A stretch of 64,000 nucleotides of DNA. It comes from Octopus sinensis. Lineage: Eukaryota. The stretch covers positions 159,154,001 through 159,218,000 of the forward strand of contig NC_042999.1 of the NCBI RefSeq assembly GCF_006345805.1, in the 5' to 3' direction. Numbering within the stretch: the first letter of the stretch is position 1; every line of letters starts with the position of its first letter. Positions 62,714-64,000 of this stretch are shown here, in pieces. The position numbers were made by a program, and so were the translations under genes. Under the pieces are notes generated by a model. That model had not been told where the DNA came from, made no database searches, and saw only the letters and a program-made list of their open reading frames with translations.

Positions 62714-63344
62714 TTTACTTATAATCCGTTTTAGATTAGTAGCGTTTCTATACACTTCTATAAAAGCGGGATATGTTACAAACTTTTGTAATTCTTCAAC
62801 TTTGAAAAGTTGTAAAATTTCAATAGATTAAAGTATTAACTTTTGTTTTTCAATTTTGTAAATTATTTTTATGTTTTATTTGTGGAATTCAATGATGGTT
62901 CAAGAAGTTAAAATTAATCTTAACATTTTAGTCTGTATAATGCCTTTTTTTCCACAACCAGAATCAATTACTGCATTGTATGCAACTCTCTCTCTCTCTC
63001 TCTCTATTCCATTTTATTCTATTCTATTCTGTTCTCTGAACTCTCATCATCTATGCTGTTGCATCTTTTCAAATTCTGAGCTATACAATTTGTCTCATTA
63101 TTCCTCAGGAAAACGATTTTATGACCAAGTCAAACACAGTGTTCACTCTAATATGTTGATCACGTAAAGAGTATTGATATTTCACCTCATTTTCAGAAAA
63201 ATGAATACTGATATGGGTACTAGAAAAAGACGGTTTAAAGTGTTTTTTGCTTTTGTTTTTTGTATTTTTTTGTTTTATTTTCAGAAAATAAATTCTGTCG
63301 AGATTGAATTTACTTTTCTTTTTTATAACACTGATATGAACAAT

Positions 63345-63525
63345 ACTGATTTCAAATTTTAGCACAAGGACAGCAAGTTTGTGGGAGGGGATAAGTTGAT
63401 ATCATCGATCCCAACACTCAACTGATCTTATCGACCCCGAAAGTATGAAAGGTGAACGTAAAGACGGACGAAACGCCGCTAAACATTTTGTCCGACGTAC
63501 GCAAGATTCTGCCAGATTACCGTCT
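63345..63525 (-). mobile_element. SINE family B (diverged)
   Basis: ttcaaattttagcacaagg...atcgaccccgaaagtatgaaagg...gacggacgaaacgccgctaaacatttt. Confidence 0.75.
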
Positions 63526-63840
63526 TTTTTATAAGAATAATTTTAACATTATACTGACGTTTATGTGACAATACATTACTGCCCAAAAATTCGATTTTTG
63601 TCAACAGCATGGATTAGTTTTGATAGAAGCAGTCATTTGAGATATTTCCACAATATCAGAAAATTATTATAAAACTTAGGTCTAAGTGTTCAGTTTTATA
63701 ATAATAATCAAATATACTTTCATTGCTAAAACAACTATAGTCATTAGATTGATGCCTTAGCATAGCGGCAGAAATGTGTGTGTGTGTGTGTGCATGTATG
63801 TGCGTGTATACATACATACACACATATGTATATATATCTA

Positions 63841-63882
<42 letters not shown>

Positions 63883-64000
63883 GGAGTAAACACATAAATG
63901 TGAAACAAGGTGGACAAAAGAGGTGTAGCGTTTGTAAGAGTCTAGATTGAATTGATATATCGGTTCCATTCTAGCAAAAACTGTCTGATATATATACACA

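Overview
AT-rich, repeat-saturated eukaryotic DNA, intronic or intergenic. The SINE and microsatellite content looks like an octopus genome; this is my recognition, not a database result. No intact protein-coding gene is supportable, and most listed ORFs are artefacts of microsatellites, SINEs or antisense LINE sequence. The window holds decayed non-LTR retrotransposons (RTE, Tx1/L1, R4/Dong-like RLE elements in (TAA)n tracts, a CR1-like tail, Penelope RT and GIY-YIG remnants). It also holds Tc1/mariner and IS630-like transposons, Helitron-type non-autonomous elements, TTAA- and TA-flanked MITEs, three tRNA-like SINE groups (about 25 copies) and many simple repeats. The main discovery is eight type I hammerhead-ribozyme (HHR) folds from about six unrelated Penelope/retrozyme-like repeat families. 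Three have the canonical core (CUGAUGA at 29764-29811; CUGACGA at 39207-39265 and 39554-39616). Two have U4C cores and one has A6U. Two copies inside a 298-bp palindrome carry a GUGAACA core, which is the compensatory G3:C8 swap of the catalytic C3:G8 pair. Several HHR-bearing units are tandem or circularly permuted and inverted, as expected of circular or tandem RNA templates. Other oddities: an ~80-bp target-site-like duplication around a SINE, chimeric and two-headed mariners, nested palindromes, and a SINE tail shared with a putative LINE 3' end. All folds were built by eye; none is shown to be active.
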